From sequence record MH494197.1: a stretch of 64,000 bases of DNA, one strand, 5' to 3'. Made by a program: the position numbers and the translations under genes. This DNA comes from Escherichia phage CMSTMSU. The stretch's first letter is position 1. Every line of letters begins with the position of its first letter. The notes under the pieces were generated by a model, which was not told the DNA's origin, did no database searches, and saw only the letters and a list, made by a program, of their open reading frames with translations. Shown here piece after piece: positions 9,394 to 20,265 of the stretch.

Positions 9394-9995
9394 ATATTAC
9401 CTCAAATAGAGATTAGTTTAAGTACTTCTCTGTATGTGTACTTTTCGTTTTGTGCATCTCTTGTGCTTGTATATAGGTATCCTCGACGATATTTGTTGCT
9501 CCCGTTCTTGTAGTTGAATTCGAACTTATTGTAGATGAATCTATCGCCGCTGTAATTTACTTAAGTACAATTCAATGCTCATAGTATTCTCTTTACATAT
9601 CAATAAGTTTCAGTACTGCTCTGTACGTGTACTTAGTTGTTAGTGCTTCTTTATAGCAATACAGAAGTAATGTTGTTTGTCTCTTATACTACCGCGTTTG
9701 TAGTACCATACATTGGAGTTGTGGGTGTACTTGTCCCTGTCGGATAGATTTTGGTAATAGTATAATATATGATTCATGGTAATGTAATTAGCCTTATTAT
9801 GTTAAAGTACTCGGTCCCCGTACACCTTGTAGAATATTATCAACTACATTTTCTTGGTGCAGGATTAATACATTCGGTGCGGTTCTTTTAAGGTTTTTAA
9901 AGTACTGTATTCTTGTTTAAGGATGAACTGTACATCTTTAGGGAGAATATCTAAGTAGTACTGGTGTATGTTCATAGTTTTCATATAGTACTCTT

Positions 9996-10181
9996 TTAGA
10001 ACTTAAAGATGAGGTTCATGATAGATAAGTACTTAGTTTCAGGAAATTGATGTTCTATTGCATAACGTGTCTCCAGTCTGAAGTCAAATTTATAAAAGGG
10101 ACTATTCATATCCATAGGTTCATTGGGAAATGAATCTCTGTATTGTTTGTGCAGCTTACTACAGTAGAATTCTTTATACAT
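9996..10181 (-). CDS. small-ORF array member (61 aa)
   Basis: Track ORF MYKEFYCSKLHKQYR... Confidence 0.45.
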   Translation of the reverse strand: MYKEFYCSKLHKQYRDSFPNEPMDMNSPFYKFDFRLETRYAIEHQFPETKYLSIMNLIFKF

Positions 10182-10182
10182 A

Positions 10183-10395
10183 TTAGTGCTCGATTAAAAG
10201 GGTTAGGATGTAATAGTATTGCATACTTTCTACCCCTTGTACAGCATTTCTTATTTTATTATTCCTGTACGAGTTCAAGAGTTTAGGACAATGTTTGAAG
10301 TTTATATAATTATTTTGTGTATACAGTAGGCTTTCTCGTAGACCTTTTGTTGGTAGTGCATCGATGTAGTACTGTTCAATGTTCATAGTGTTCAT
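10183..10395 (-). CDS. small-ORF array member, first unit (70 aa)
   Basis: Track ORF MNTMNIEQYYIDALPTKG...; abuts 9996..10181. Confidence 0.4.
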   Translation of the reverse strand: MNTMNIEQYYIDALPTKGLRESLLYTQNNYINFKHCPKLLNSYRNNKIRNAVQGVESMQYYYILTLLIEH

Positions 10396-10719
10396 AGAGC
10401 TACCAGTACTAAGATTTTTGATAATTGTTTGTTTCTATCCCGCAGATGTTGTTGTGTAAAATGCTCACTACAAGGGTATCAAGTGCATTGTTCAGCATAA
10501 GGTTACATCCAGTACTGTTATATTTTTTAGCTCAATTAGCCACGAACAATCCGCGAGAAATTTCCCGTACTCTAGTTCATTTAGCGTATTAATGTAGTAC
10601 TTAAGTGCATTTGTCATGTACAGTTCTCCTTATATTCCTTCTATAGTACATCAGTACTGAAAGGTTGTCAAGGGTTTTCTTTTTGGGGTAAATATGATAT
10701 AATGAATAAAGGAGGAAAT

Positions 10720-11866
10720 ATGTTACCTTTTGTAAGAATGGTTAAGTACGGGAATATTGCACCAGTACCGAAAAAATAAAGAAAGTTATAGCAGGATATG
10801 ATAATTTATATGTACTATATGGTGATGGTTCGCTATATGGTTGTGGAATCAATAACTATCAACAGTTAAATATTGATGGAACTGCTACACAAAATAATTG
10901 GGTACTAATTACCAATGGTGTTAGTAATGCATGGGCTGGTGGATACAATATTTTATATTTGAAAGAAGATAAATTTATAATGCACGGAACTAATGTCTCA
11001 TTAGGTTTAGGAAATACTACAATTCCATTAGGTGGAGTAGATGTAACTTCTTCATTCCCAGATATCTCTAATATTAAAATGATATCCATTGGTTTTGATT
11101 CAATGCACTATGTTAGTGCTGATGGTACAACTGTATATGGAAGAGGTATGAACACAAATGGTTCTGTTGGTTCAGGTAGTACTTACTCACAGAGTACTTT
11201 CACTTCAGTACTGAATAATGGAACTAATCAGGTTATTGATATATTTGGTAACGTTAATAATACAGTGCTTCTAACATCGAATGGTGAGCTTCGAGCATGT
11301 GGGACAAGTGCTTATGGTTCTATAGGAAATGAAACTGGTAAGTGGACATCGTTTGGTTTAAAATTATCTGGCACTAAAATAATGGGTGGTAATGGGTATA
11401 GTACGCTTGCATATACAAATTCGGGAATGTACCACTCAGGGTGGCAGTTAAATGGGGAACTAGGAAATGGTTTAGATACTAACGTACAGGTATATCCATT
11501 TCAATTTAACTCTAAAACGATAGATAGCAAGATAGATAAAATTGCCAAATCATCATCTGGGTCATATGTTAACATGTACTCAACAACAGAAGGAAAGATA
11601 TATACGACAGGTTCGTTTGGTAAAACGGGTCAACTACTGCATTGAATTTGTTCACCAATACATTAACACTTATAAATTACAATCCAGATACCGCCTCGTT
11701 GTATACGTGCACAAACTTCAGTGTTGTGTATGATGGTAATGAAACTATTGCTGTAAGTGGTAGTCCTACATATGTACCGAGGGCGTTGCCGCTAATAGAT
11801 GGACTACAATTCCATTACCCAAGTAATACTATGCCAGTACTTGATGCTGGCTTTTCTTTTGATTAA
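10720..11866 (+). CDS. leader-tagged RCC1-like repeat protein F1 (frame breaks)
   Basis: AAGGAGG then ATG; N-terminus MLPFVRMVKYGN; stop after 19 codons at an A-run (10766-10772), one extra A restores a reading colinear with paralogue 24753..25907; body = track ORFs 10959..11645 and 11642..11866. Confidence 0.7.
11833..11860 (+). terminator. intrinsic terminator between F1 and F2
   Basis: Hairpin GCCAGTA-CTTGA-TGCTGGC followed by TTTTCTTTT; same element recurs after most array genes. Confidence 0.6.
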
Positions 11867-11893
11867 ATATAGTATAATGAATAAGGAGGAATT

Positions 11894-13017
11894 ATGTTAC
11901 CTTTTGTTAGAATGTTTGATTATGGGAATATAATCGAAGTTAATAATATAAAGAAAAGTGTTGTTAGTTACACTCTTGAAATGTTTCTAATGCAAGATGG
12001 CACTGTATATGCACACGGTGAAGATTCAAACTATAATGCGGGTTTAAGTACACAGTTTGTATCGTTAGGAGCAGTTCAACAAATCACAACTGAAGTTGAT
12101 GACTTATGGTTAGGATCGTTTTCCGTTGTTATTAAAGGTGATAAAATATATGGTTCAGGTTCAACATATGCATTCACGAATTCTAATACTTTCCAACAAG
12201 GATATACTGACTGGGCTGTGTATTTCACTGGTATAGATGTTACCCAAATTAAAAAATGTTATGTGGTTATACAGCATTTATATTAATGAAAGACGGAACA
12301 CTTTATGGAAGAGGATGGAATCGAAGTGGTACATTAGGTTTAGGACATAAAAATTATGTTTCAGCGTGGACTGTACTTGACACTAATGTGGATAATATAT
12401 TTGGCGGTTACCTTGGCGATACATTGTTTAAGATTAAAAACGATGGAACTGTATATGGTTCAGGTTCAAATAACAGCTTTCAAGTTAAAGCAACATCGGG
12501 TGATGCAACCACATTTGTTCCGTTGTTTGATGATATATCTTATGATATAAAATGCAGTTTTGTTTCTGGTGTTGGTTTTGTAATGATAACATCTGATAAT
12601 AAAATATATGCAACTGGAACTACTTTTGCTGGTAGTGGTGCACATAGTAAAGTTTTTGATGTTGGTTTTACTATAGGTGATATGAGTAATATATATCATC
12701 CTGATTCGTTGGACTATTCGACTAGTGTTGTATTTTTAATTAATGCAGATACAAACAAACTAATAGCAACTGGGCATACCCATTTACGGAAGTAGTTCAA
12801 GTTCCTTCCATATTTTACAGCATTTCAAGAATTCAATTTTACATCGTTCAATTCGAATACACGATATAGTGGGTCTTTATACTGGAATACATTTTACGAA
12901 GGTAATAATGTATGGATGAATGGATATAATCCTGAAAATACGGGTGGAAAGAATTTCTCATTGTGTTCAATACCGTTAGATACTATTATTACTAAGCAAA
13001 TTGATTTACCTTTTTGA
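11894..13017 (+). CDS. leader-tagged RCC1-like repeat protein F2 (frame breaks)
   Basis: Track ORFs 11894..12286 and 12256..12795 plus tail; N-terminus MLPFVRMFDYGN; C-terminus ...TKQIDLPF matches ...FTKIDLPK of F7. Confidence 0.7.
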
Positions 13018-13087
13018 ATACTATGCCAGTACTCAAGTACTGGCTTTTATTTTATTAAATATAGTATAATGAATAAAGGAGGGAAAT

Positions 13088-14273
13088 ATGTTACCTTTTG
13101 CAAGAATGGTTAAGTACGGGAATAAACAGCCTATTCCTGAACCAGTTGAGTTCACTGATGTTTTACAGCAACATTATACTAATGCTATGTATCTACATAA
13201 GCCCACGAATACACTATACGGTTATGGTGGTAATAACTTGAGCCAATTAGGTCTAGGGAATCAATCGACAGTTTCTACTTTTACAGTACTGGCAACGCAC
13301 TGTGCAGCCTTTTGGTTAGGCGTTCATGGCTCATTGATGATTGACTTGGATAATAGAATATATTTCACAGGGAATACAGTAGCATTCCCCGATTATGGAG
13401 ATGCAACTCCAGTTAATGGTTATTTTAGAACATGGACTGATGTTACTGCCGCATTTGACAAAATAAATGTACACGCTAATTTAATCAAGAGTGTACATAT
13501 AGGTGAAAGTACTAGAATATTACTACACGATGGAAGAGTAGTTGTTTGTGGTAAAATGCAAATGCCGAATGTGGAACAGGTAACCAAAATCCCATACCAG
13601 TACTAACAGTTGTTACTGGTATGGGTGAAGTTCTCAATTGGCGTGTTCATTACAGGGTACGCACTATCTCAAAACAAATAAAGAAGCATGGTTTTGTGGT
13701 AAGGATAACTTTGGTGAAAGTGGTGCTGGGACTAGCTCATACGTTTTACTAATAAGTTAATACGATCCAACGTCGATTATATAAGTGCTACTTATGATGT
13801 TACGGTGGTTCACTGCCGGTAGGGTGTACTGGAGTGGTAGAAACAATTCTGGACAAGCTGGGAATGGTACTACTTCAACCACAAACCAATTAACTACAGT
13901 TCAGAATTCACAGGTTATAGTGAATATTAGTGATGGTTTCCTGTGTCCTAGTAATATGGGTAACTCAACAATTGGTGCACCTATGGCTCAATACCCATCA
14001 TATGTCAGAGTGCAGGCATCAATACATATGGTCAAGAAGGGACGGAAATACAACAGTAATTACTTCGTGGGGGCGTTTTCTTTAAGTGCGATACAGGGTG
14101 GATATGACAATGTTCTTATGGCATCCAAAGACTGGTCCAGAACAATAATTATAACTAAAGATTATAAATTATATGCATGTGGGGGCTTTAACGGTTCAGG
14201 TGGTAACTTACCGGATGGTACTTCCGTAATTAAAACATTAACATTAATGCCAACGCAGTTATGGCAATCATAG
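13088..14273 (+). CDS. leader-tagged RCC1-like repeat protein F3 (frame breaks)
   Basis: Track ORFs 13088..13606 and 13785..14273; N-terminus MLPFARMVKYGN; repeats of type YGxGxNxxGQLG. Confidence 0.7.
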
Positions 14274-14282
14274 GAGAAAATC

Positions 14283-15404
14283 ATGTTACCTTTTGTTAGA
14301 ATGTTTGATTATGGAAATGAAGCACCTGATCCTAGTTCGGGATTTCGAATAATAAGTACAGGAGACGCATTACTATTAATTACTAAGAGTGGTGATTTGT
14401 GGGTGCGTGGTTATAACCGTTATGGCAAGTTAGGTATAGGTAATAACACCACTACCTATGTACTTGATTGGACGAAGGTTAGAAGTGATGTAAAGTTTGC
14501 GTGTGGTAGTGGATTGGTAACAGTTATCTTTACTAAGGGTAATCGCATATTGTACTGTGGTGACAAATGGTTTGAAACGGGTGGTGTTGGTAGTGCACAG
14601 ATTTTCACATGGACAGATGTTACGCACCAATTTGGGGCAGTAGATTTGAGTACAGTAAGGGATATGAAAATGTCTTATTACACGATTGGATTATTGACTA
14701 CTAATAATCAATTATACGCTAAGGGATATGATAATAACCTATCATTTGGTGGGGTTAGTAATAAGGCGACTGCTGTGTTTATTGCGAATAATGTACAAGA
14801 GTTGTATACGAGTTTAGTTAGTACAATCTACGTTGATACAAGTGGTATATTACATCGTTGTGGCATGAGTGATAACGGTTCGTTGGGTAATAATGTTAAT
14901 TTAACTTCGTATCTAAGTTATTCACAGACTGGTATGACGATTAAGGACATTGGAATGATGACTACGAACACTGGGTTATTATATACTGATTCTAGTGCAC
15001 GCACGAGATATTTTATTGCTGGACAGAACTTGAATAAACAGATGGGTAATGCGGCGGCTGCGAGTGCCATTACGAGTACTTACACAGAGCTTTCTGGTAG
15101 TGTTGATAAGTTTTCTTCTTTATGGGCGAATGATGGGATATTGATGACATTTGCTGTGGGTAAGAACACTAATCAGTTATTTTATGCTGGGATGAATACT
15201 TTTCATGCGAGTGGTGGTGTATCTTCATATGCGGATACATATGAGTTAGTCCCGATGGTGTTTAATGACATACAGGAAGTGTTATGTGCACAGCGTTTAT
15301 CGGTGGTACATGATTCTACGAAGTGGTATTACTGTGGTGATGCTAATTCAATGTATGGTTTACCGGACGTAAGTACTTTTACTGAGTTACCGTTGCCCTT
15401 TTAA
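14283..15404 (+). CDS. leader-tagged RCC1-like repeat protein F4 (intact, 373 aa)
   Basis: Uninterrupted track ORF; N-terminus MLPFVRMFDYGN; GGAG upstream; about seven repeats of (D/N)GxhYxxGxNxxGxLG; starts 9 nt after F3 stop with no terminator. Confidence 0.85.
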   Translation: MLPFVRMFDYGNEAPDPSSGFRIISTGDALLLITKSGDLWVRGYNRYGKLGIGNNTTTYVLDWTKVRSDVKFACGSGLVTVIFTKGNRILYCGDKWFETGGVGSAQIFTWTDVTHQFGAVDLSTVRDMKMSYYTIGLLTTNNQLYAKGYDNNLSFGGVSNKATAVFIANNVQELYTSLVSTIYVDTSGILHRCGMSDNGSLGNNVNLTSYLSYSQTGMTIKDIGMMTTNTGLLYTDSSARTRYFIAGQNLNKQMGNAAAASAITSTYTELSGSVDKFSSLWANDGILMTFAVGKNTNQLFYAGMNTFHASGGVSSYADTYELVPMVFNDIQEVLCAQRLSVVHDSTKWYYCGDANSMYGLPDVSTFTELPLPF

Positions 15405-15412
15405 TAATAGGT

Positions 15413-15440
15413 CAGTACTGAAATATGTACTGGTATTTTT
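15413..15440 (+). terminator. intrinsic terminator after F4
   Basis: CAGTAC-TGAAATAT-GTACTG hairpin followed by GTATTTTT. Confidence 0.55.
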
Positions 15441-15476
15441 GTAAATACTATATAATTTAATTACGGAGATTTTATT

Positions 15477-16653
15477 ATGTTACCTTTTGTTAGAATGTTT
15501 GATTATGGGAACGTCGTTGAGCGACCTGTGGGTACACGTTATACCTGTAGTGACTATAGTGCGACTTATAGTTTAATAAAGGATGGTGTGTTATATGTAT
15601 CTGGGATGAATAACTATTATCAGTTAGGTAATAACACTAACGTAACACGTTACAACGAGTGGTTAAAAGTTCCAGAGACTGATAGTGTTAAGTTTTGTAG
15701 TACTGGTTATAGTCAGACAATGTATATTACTAACAATGGGAGGATAATGATAGCTGGTGAAGATCCTACTTCCAGTGCGACGGCGGTAAGTGTTAAGGTA
15801 TGGACTGATATAACTTCTAGATTTAGTGCAGTTGATACAAAGAAGATTGTTTATATTTCAATAGAACGCTTTGGTGTAATGATGATCATGCAAGATGGTT
15901 CAGTATGGGCGTGTGGAGTTGATAATACTGGTTGGAGTGGGCAGGAAGTAAAACTGTTGGTTTCTTTACTTTCAGACAAATATACACCGGAAGTGCAGGA
16001 AGTGCAGTTGCTGGTACTGCTGGTACTGGTACTGCGAGAATTCTGTTAGCTAATGGAACAATCTTGTCCGCTGGTACTAATACATATCATCAATGTAATG
16101 CTAGTACTGATCCGGCTGTTCTAACATTCACTGAATCATTCCACGGGTTGATCCTTCATTGATATATCAAATCAAGATGTGTAATAACAACTGTATTATA
16201 TTTTGAGTGATAAGAGATATTACGGTACTGGCTGGGAAGTTTTGGTGCATTGGGTGATGGTGATATTACGGGTTCGAATAATAAATTCTATGCAGGTACA
16301 TTGTCAGTTGCTCCTAAAACATGCGTGCTTATATGTCGTATCTATGTAGTTCTTCTGGGGATTCTAGTATGTACATAGGCGATGATAATTTCATATACAC
16401 CTGCGGTTATCGTGGGAGGAACTTAATAAATGCCACTACAGATATTGGTACGTTCACGAAATGCATTCAAAGTGCACAAGGATACAAGAATGGACTTATA
16501 TATAGTGGGAATTATTGTGCTGTAGTTTTTGATCCAGATTTGGGTTCAGGAATGTCATATGCGGTTTCATCACCAAAATTGAATGCACCAGCACCACAGG
16601 CGAGTGTTCCAACATTGGGTATGAGTTCGTTACAAGCTATTATTTTACCATAA
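15477..16653 (+). CDS. leader-tagged RCC1-like repeat protein F5 (frame breaks)
   Basis: Track ORFs 15477..16049, 15932..16162, 16321..16653; N-terminus MLPFVRMFDYGN; variant promoter TATATAAT and GGAG. Confidence 0.65.
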
Positions 16654-16736
16654 CATTATACCAGTACTGAAATATGTGCTGGTATTTTTTTAAATACATT
16701 ATAATTATTATATGGAGATTTTAGTTATGTTACCTT

Positions 16737-17851
16737 TTGTAAGAATGTTTGATTATGGGAATACAGTGGCTGCTCCCACTGGTATAAAGGATTTCAAGCA
16801 AATGGAAGCCACTGTATGGCACTAACATATAGTGGTGAGATGTGGGCTTATGGTACAAGTACAAGTGGATCAATGGGAACCGGATTCACGGTGGGTGCTG
16901 CTGATAAGGGTTGGTACAAGTCTAACATTAGTAATGTTAAATCATTCAGTTCTAATATGCAGACTAGCACAGTGGCTTTGACAAATGATGATAGAGTGCT
17001 AGTTTGTGGCTCAACTAGATTTGACAAATTCAGTACTCCAGATATTGCATCATCTAACCTTGATTGGTTGGATGTTACTGATCATATTCCACAGGAAGTT
17101 ATTGATGCTGGGATGAAGCAAGTTATTAACCACGTATATTATGTTGCCATTTTACTGAAAACAATCTATTATATAGTGTGGCATTATCTTTGGGTAATAC
17201 TAGTACTATAATAGATAGAACATGGAGAAGAAATACATTTGGTGATATACAAGTTGAACGTGTTGTTTCGTTGACACAAACCCCAAGTGGTCCTTTGTGT
17301 ATAGTTCAAGATGCAGACGGATACCAGTATGGTATTGGATATAATGGTAATAAGATTATTGATAATACTTCCACTAATTCATATTCTGTATATACCAAAA
17401 TGGGTACACTTCCTTACAATGAATTTGCCATATCGAATAGCGGGAAATTCAGTTCAGCGGTATTATCAGATGGGAGAAGTGTTTATAGTGGTACATTTCC
17501 AAAGTCATTCAATAATAGTTTTGGTTCATTTTGAAAGTTGGTGCGGTATCAGATACTGTGTTTGGTTTAGATGCAAAAATATGCGTGGTCAATATGGTCA
17601 AAATCAATTACCAATTGCGTCGGCTGATAACAATGCAAGTAATGGCGTTGTGAACCTTCGTAATGTTCCAGCGGGAACACAAACGAAAGACATTCGATTT
17701 ATATGCGGAAATGATGTAAAGAACGTTTATATCATATACACAAATGAAGACGGCATTAGCTCATTTTATGGATTGGGACCAAACTTTGATCAAAATTCCT
17801 CAACATATGCACAATTCGTCAAAGTGGATTTGCGGGGCATTATCAAATTAA
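16737..17851 (+). CDS. leader-tagged RCC1-like repeat protein F6 (frame breaks, 3' end approximate)
   Basis: ATG at 16737 after terminator 16661..16690; N-terminus MLPFVRMFDYGN then early stop; body = track ORFs 16816..17211, 17178..17534 and 5' part of 17311..18324. Confidence 0.6.
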
Positions 17852-17861
17852 GGAGAGAAAT

Positions 17862-18960
17862 ATGTTACCTTTTGTTAGATTGTTTGATTATGGGAATATC
17901 ACACGGTCCTAAAAATATAATTAAAGTTGGTGCTTCTACACAGGGTCAATTCTTATTGACAGATTCACATGATTTATATTACATAGGTAGAAATCAAGGT
18001 GGTGAATCTGGAAATGGAAATACCAACACAGTATCCTCATGGATATTAGTAAGTACAGATGTTTCTAATTTTTTCGTGGGTGATCGTACACTTGTTATTA
18101 TTAAAAATGATAATACGATATGGTCATCAGGTCAAACGTACTGGTTCACATCTTCCACAACTACTTCTTACAGTACTGTATTAGTTGATAGAACCAGTTG
18201 GTTTACCAATGCCATACCAGTAAGTGAAATTGCTGATATAGTATGTTCGTATGGTTTAATATTTGTACTTAGCACTAGTTCAGTACTCTATGGTGCAGGG
18301 CTAATGGATATCGTGGTGCTTTAGGTATTGGTTCATCATCAATTTACACATTAACTCAATGTGCTACTAATGTGCGTAAAGTAATGACGAATGCAAATGA
18401 CAGTATGTATATTACATTAGATAATAAGTTATATAGTTCTGGGTGGAATGACCGTGGATTACATGGCACAGGAACAGAACACAAGTTAACATTTGGGGAC
18501 TGCGTAGTTCTGGTGTAATAGATGCAGCTATTGGTGGACATACACTCAATTACTATAATGGTACATCATATTTCACATGTGGTACAACTCCAAACTTTCT
18601 TAGTTCAGATTCAACTACATTCAAAGCAGTTCCTGTAAGTACTTTACCTAATAATTCACCTTTGTTTATGACAAATTCAGAGGCAACAAGCACGGCTACG
18701 CAAATTATATTAACTAGTGCATATCAGAAAGGTATTGGAAACCGTGGTTTGGGATTAAACAATTCTCAAACGGTGCTATCTATAGTGCTGCTAATTTACA
18801 ATTACCTGTAGAAGTTAGTGAGATTAGTGATGTTGCTTTTAGTGACGGATTAACATCATTATTAACCAAAGACGGAATGTATATAGTACTGGATCGTATT
18901 ACGCCATTCCGTGCAAGTGCAGATGTTGCAGTCTTTACTAAAATTGATTTACCAAAATAA
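17862..18960 (+). CDS. leader-tagged RCC1-like repeat protein F7 (frame breaks)
   Basis: AGGAGAGAAAT then ATG; N-terminus MLPFVRLFDYGN then stop; body = 3' part of track ORF 17311..18324 plus downstream frames ending ...FTKIDLPK. Confidence 0.6.
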
Positions 18961-18966
18961 CATAAT

Positions 18967-18993
18967 GCCAGTACTTGATACTGGCTTTTCTTT
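18967..18993 (+). terminator. intrinsic terminator after F7
   Basis: GCCAGTA-CTTGA-TACTGGC hairpin plus TTTTCTTTGG. Confidence 0.6.
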
Positions 18994-19000
18994 GGTTAAA

Positions 19001-19023
19001 TATAGTATAATGAATAAAGGAGG
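19001..19023 (+). promoter_or_regulatory. conserved array promoter/RBS module (-10 TATAAT at 19006-19011, AAGGAGG at 19017-19023)
   Basis: Block TTAAATATAGTATAATGAATAAAGGAGG nearly identical upstream of 12 of the 17 array genes; no convincing -35 hexamer. Confidence 0.5.
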
Positions 19024-19028
19024 GAATT

Positions 19029-20198
19029 ATGTTACCTTTTGCAAGAATGGTTAAGTACGGGAATATTGCACCTGTTCGCCCTGAAATAAAGAAATTGGAT
19101 GGTAGTCAATTACATGTCGGATTACTATATAGTACTGGTAATATGTATATGCGTGGTTCTGGTTCGAACTACAAGTTAGGTACAGGTGATGCTAGTGATG
19201 TATTAGATGGTTGGGTACATGTACCCTATGAAGTTGATGATTTTTGGGCGTGTGTGTCCGGTACATTAATAAAGACTAAAGACAATAAGTTATATTGTGC
19301 AGGACTATACATGGGTGGATATTTTGGTGCTAGTGGTTCATATGTTAACTGGACTGAAGTAACTTCATTATTTGTGGGTATTAACGTCTCACAAATAAAG
19401 AATATAGAATTTACATCAGCGAGTACTTCCGGTAGTACACTAATATTGATGTTAGATGGTAGTTTATATGGGTTCGGTATGAACAGTAGGTCGGAGTTAG
19501 GTGTTAATAACAAAGTCGTATCTCCTATTCTTATAGATACTGGGGTAAGTTCAATAGGAGCACATAAATTAGGTGGTTCATCGTTCCATTATATAAAAGA
19601 CGGTAAGTACTACAGATGTGGGACCGCGATTGGTAGTAATATAGGAAGTTCTTCTTTAACTACATTTACTGAATTGAGTATTGCTGATAATGTTATATCT
19701 ATGCAAATATTATTTGACAACGTACAGTTATTATGTTTTGGTAGTACTGGATATAGTATCTATATGGCTGGTTCTAATGATTATGGTGGAAGAGGTGTTG
19801 GTGGTAGTACTGTTTACACTACATTCAGGAAAATAGATCTTACTGGATTTGGTGTTGTTCCCAGTGAAATACTATTTGAAAATGCAGGGAATGGTTATGT
19901 TAATATATCAACTGATAGTACTGGCATATATACATGTGGTGGTGGTGCTGGTGTTAATGGTTTAGGTAGACCGAGTAATGTTATATCAAGTTCACAGTTG
20001 GGTTTGATTGAGTTCAGTACAGGATTATACCCAGCAAATATAAGTCGTGTATTTTCACAGAGTTCATCTTCTGTTATATATTGTATAGTTAATAATGAAT
20101 TGTACTGGGCTGGGAGTAATTCATATTTTACTGATCAAACTACAAATACTGGTACACAATTTTCATTTATTAAGATGAAGGATATGCCTTCTGCTTAG
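19029..20198 (+). CDS. leader-tagged RCC1-like repeat protein F8 (intact, 389 aa)
   Basis: Uninterrupted track ORF; N-terminus MLPFARMVKYGN; Gly/Ser/Thr/Asn-rich repeats. Confidence 0.85.
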   Translation: MLPFARMVKYGNIAPVRPEIKKLDGSQLHVGLLYSTGNMYMRGSGSNYKLGTGDASDVLDGWVHVPYEVDDFWACVSGTLIKTKDNKLYCAGLYMGGYFGASGSYVNWTEVTSLFVGINVSQIKNIEFTSASTSGSTLILMLDGSLYGFGMNSRSELGVNNKVVSPILIDTGVSSIGAHKLGGSSFHYIKDGKYYRCGTAIGSNIGSSSLTTFTELSIADNVISMQILFDNVQLLCFGSTGYSIYMAGSNDYGGRGVGGSTVYTTFRKIDLTGFGVVPSEILFENAGNGYVNISTDSTGIYTCGGGAGVNGLGRPSNVISSSQLGLIEFSTGLYPANISRVFSQSSSSVIYCIVNNELYWAGSNSYFTDQTTNTGTQFSFIKMKDMPSA

Positions 20199-20205
20199 AT
20201 TTTAT

Positions 20206-20235
20206 GCCAGTACTCTGTACTGGCATTTCTTTATT
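20206..20235 (+). terminator. intrinsic terminator after F8
   Basis: GCCAGTAC-TCT-GTACTGGC hairpin plus ATTTCTTTATT. Confidence 0.6.
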
Positions 20236-20265
20236 AAATATAGTATAATGAATAAAGGAGGAAAT

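Larger units (their letters stand above)
5600..10400 (-). repeat. tandem array of ~200-bp gene-sized units (small-ORF paralogue family)
   Basis: Consecutive minus-strand ORFs of 57-77 aa with a shared N-terminal (E/Q)(F/Y)Y motif (e.g. MNNEHKEFYSKHL, MYKEFYINHL, MHREYYIQF); several stop/start overlaps of type ATGAATAA. Confidence 0.6.

Noticed and set aside
5600-10400. CRISPR array as explanation for the tandem units
   Set aside because: Units are about 200 bp, diverged from each other and each is an ORF; no short identical repeats alternating with unique spacers.
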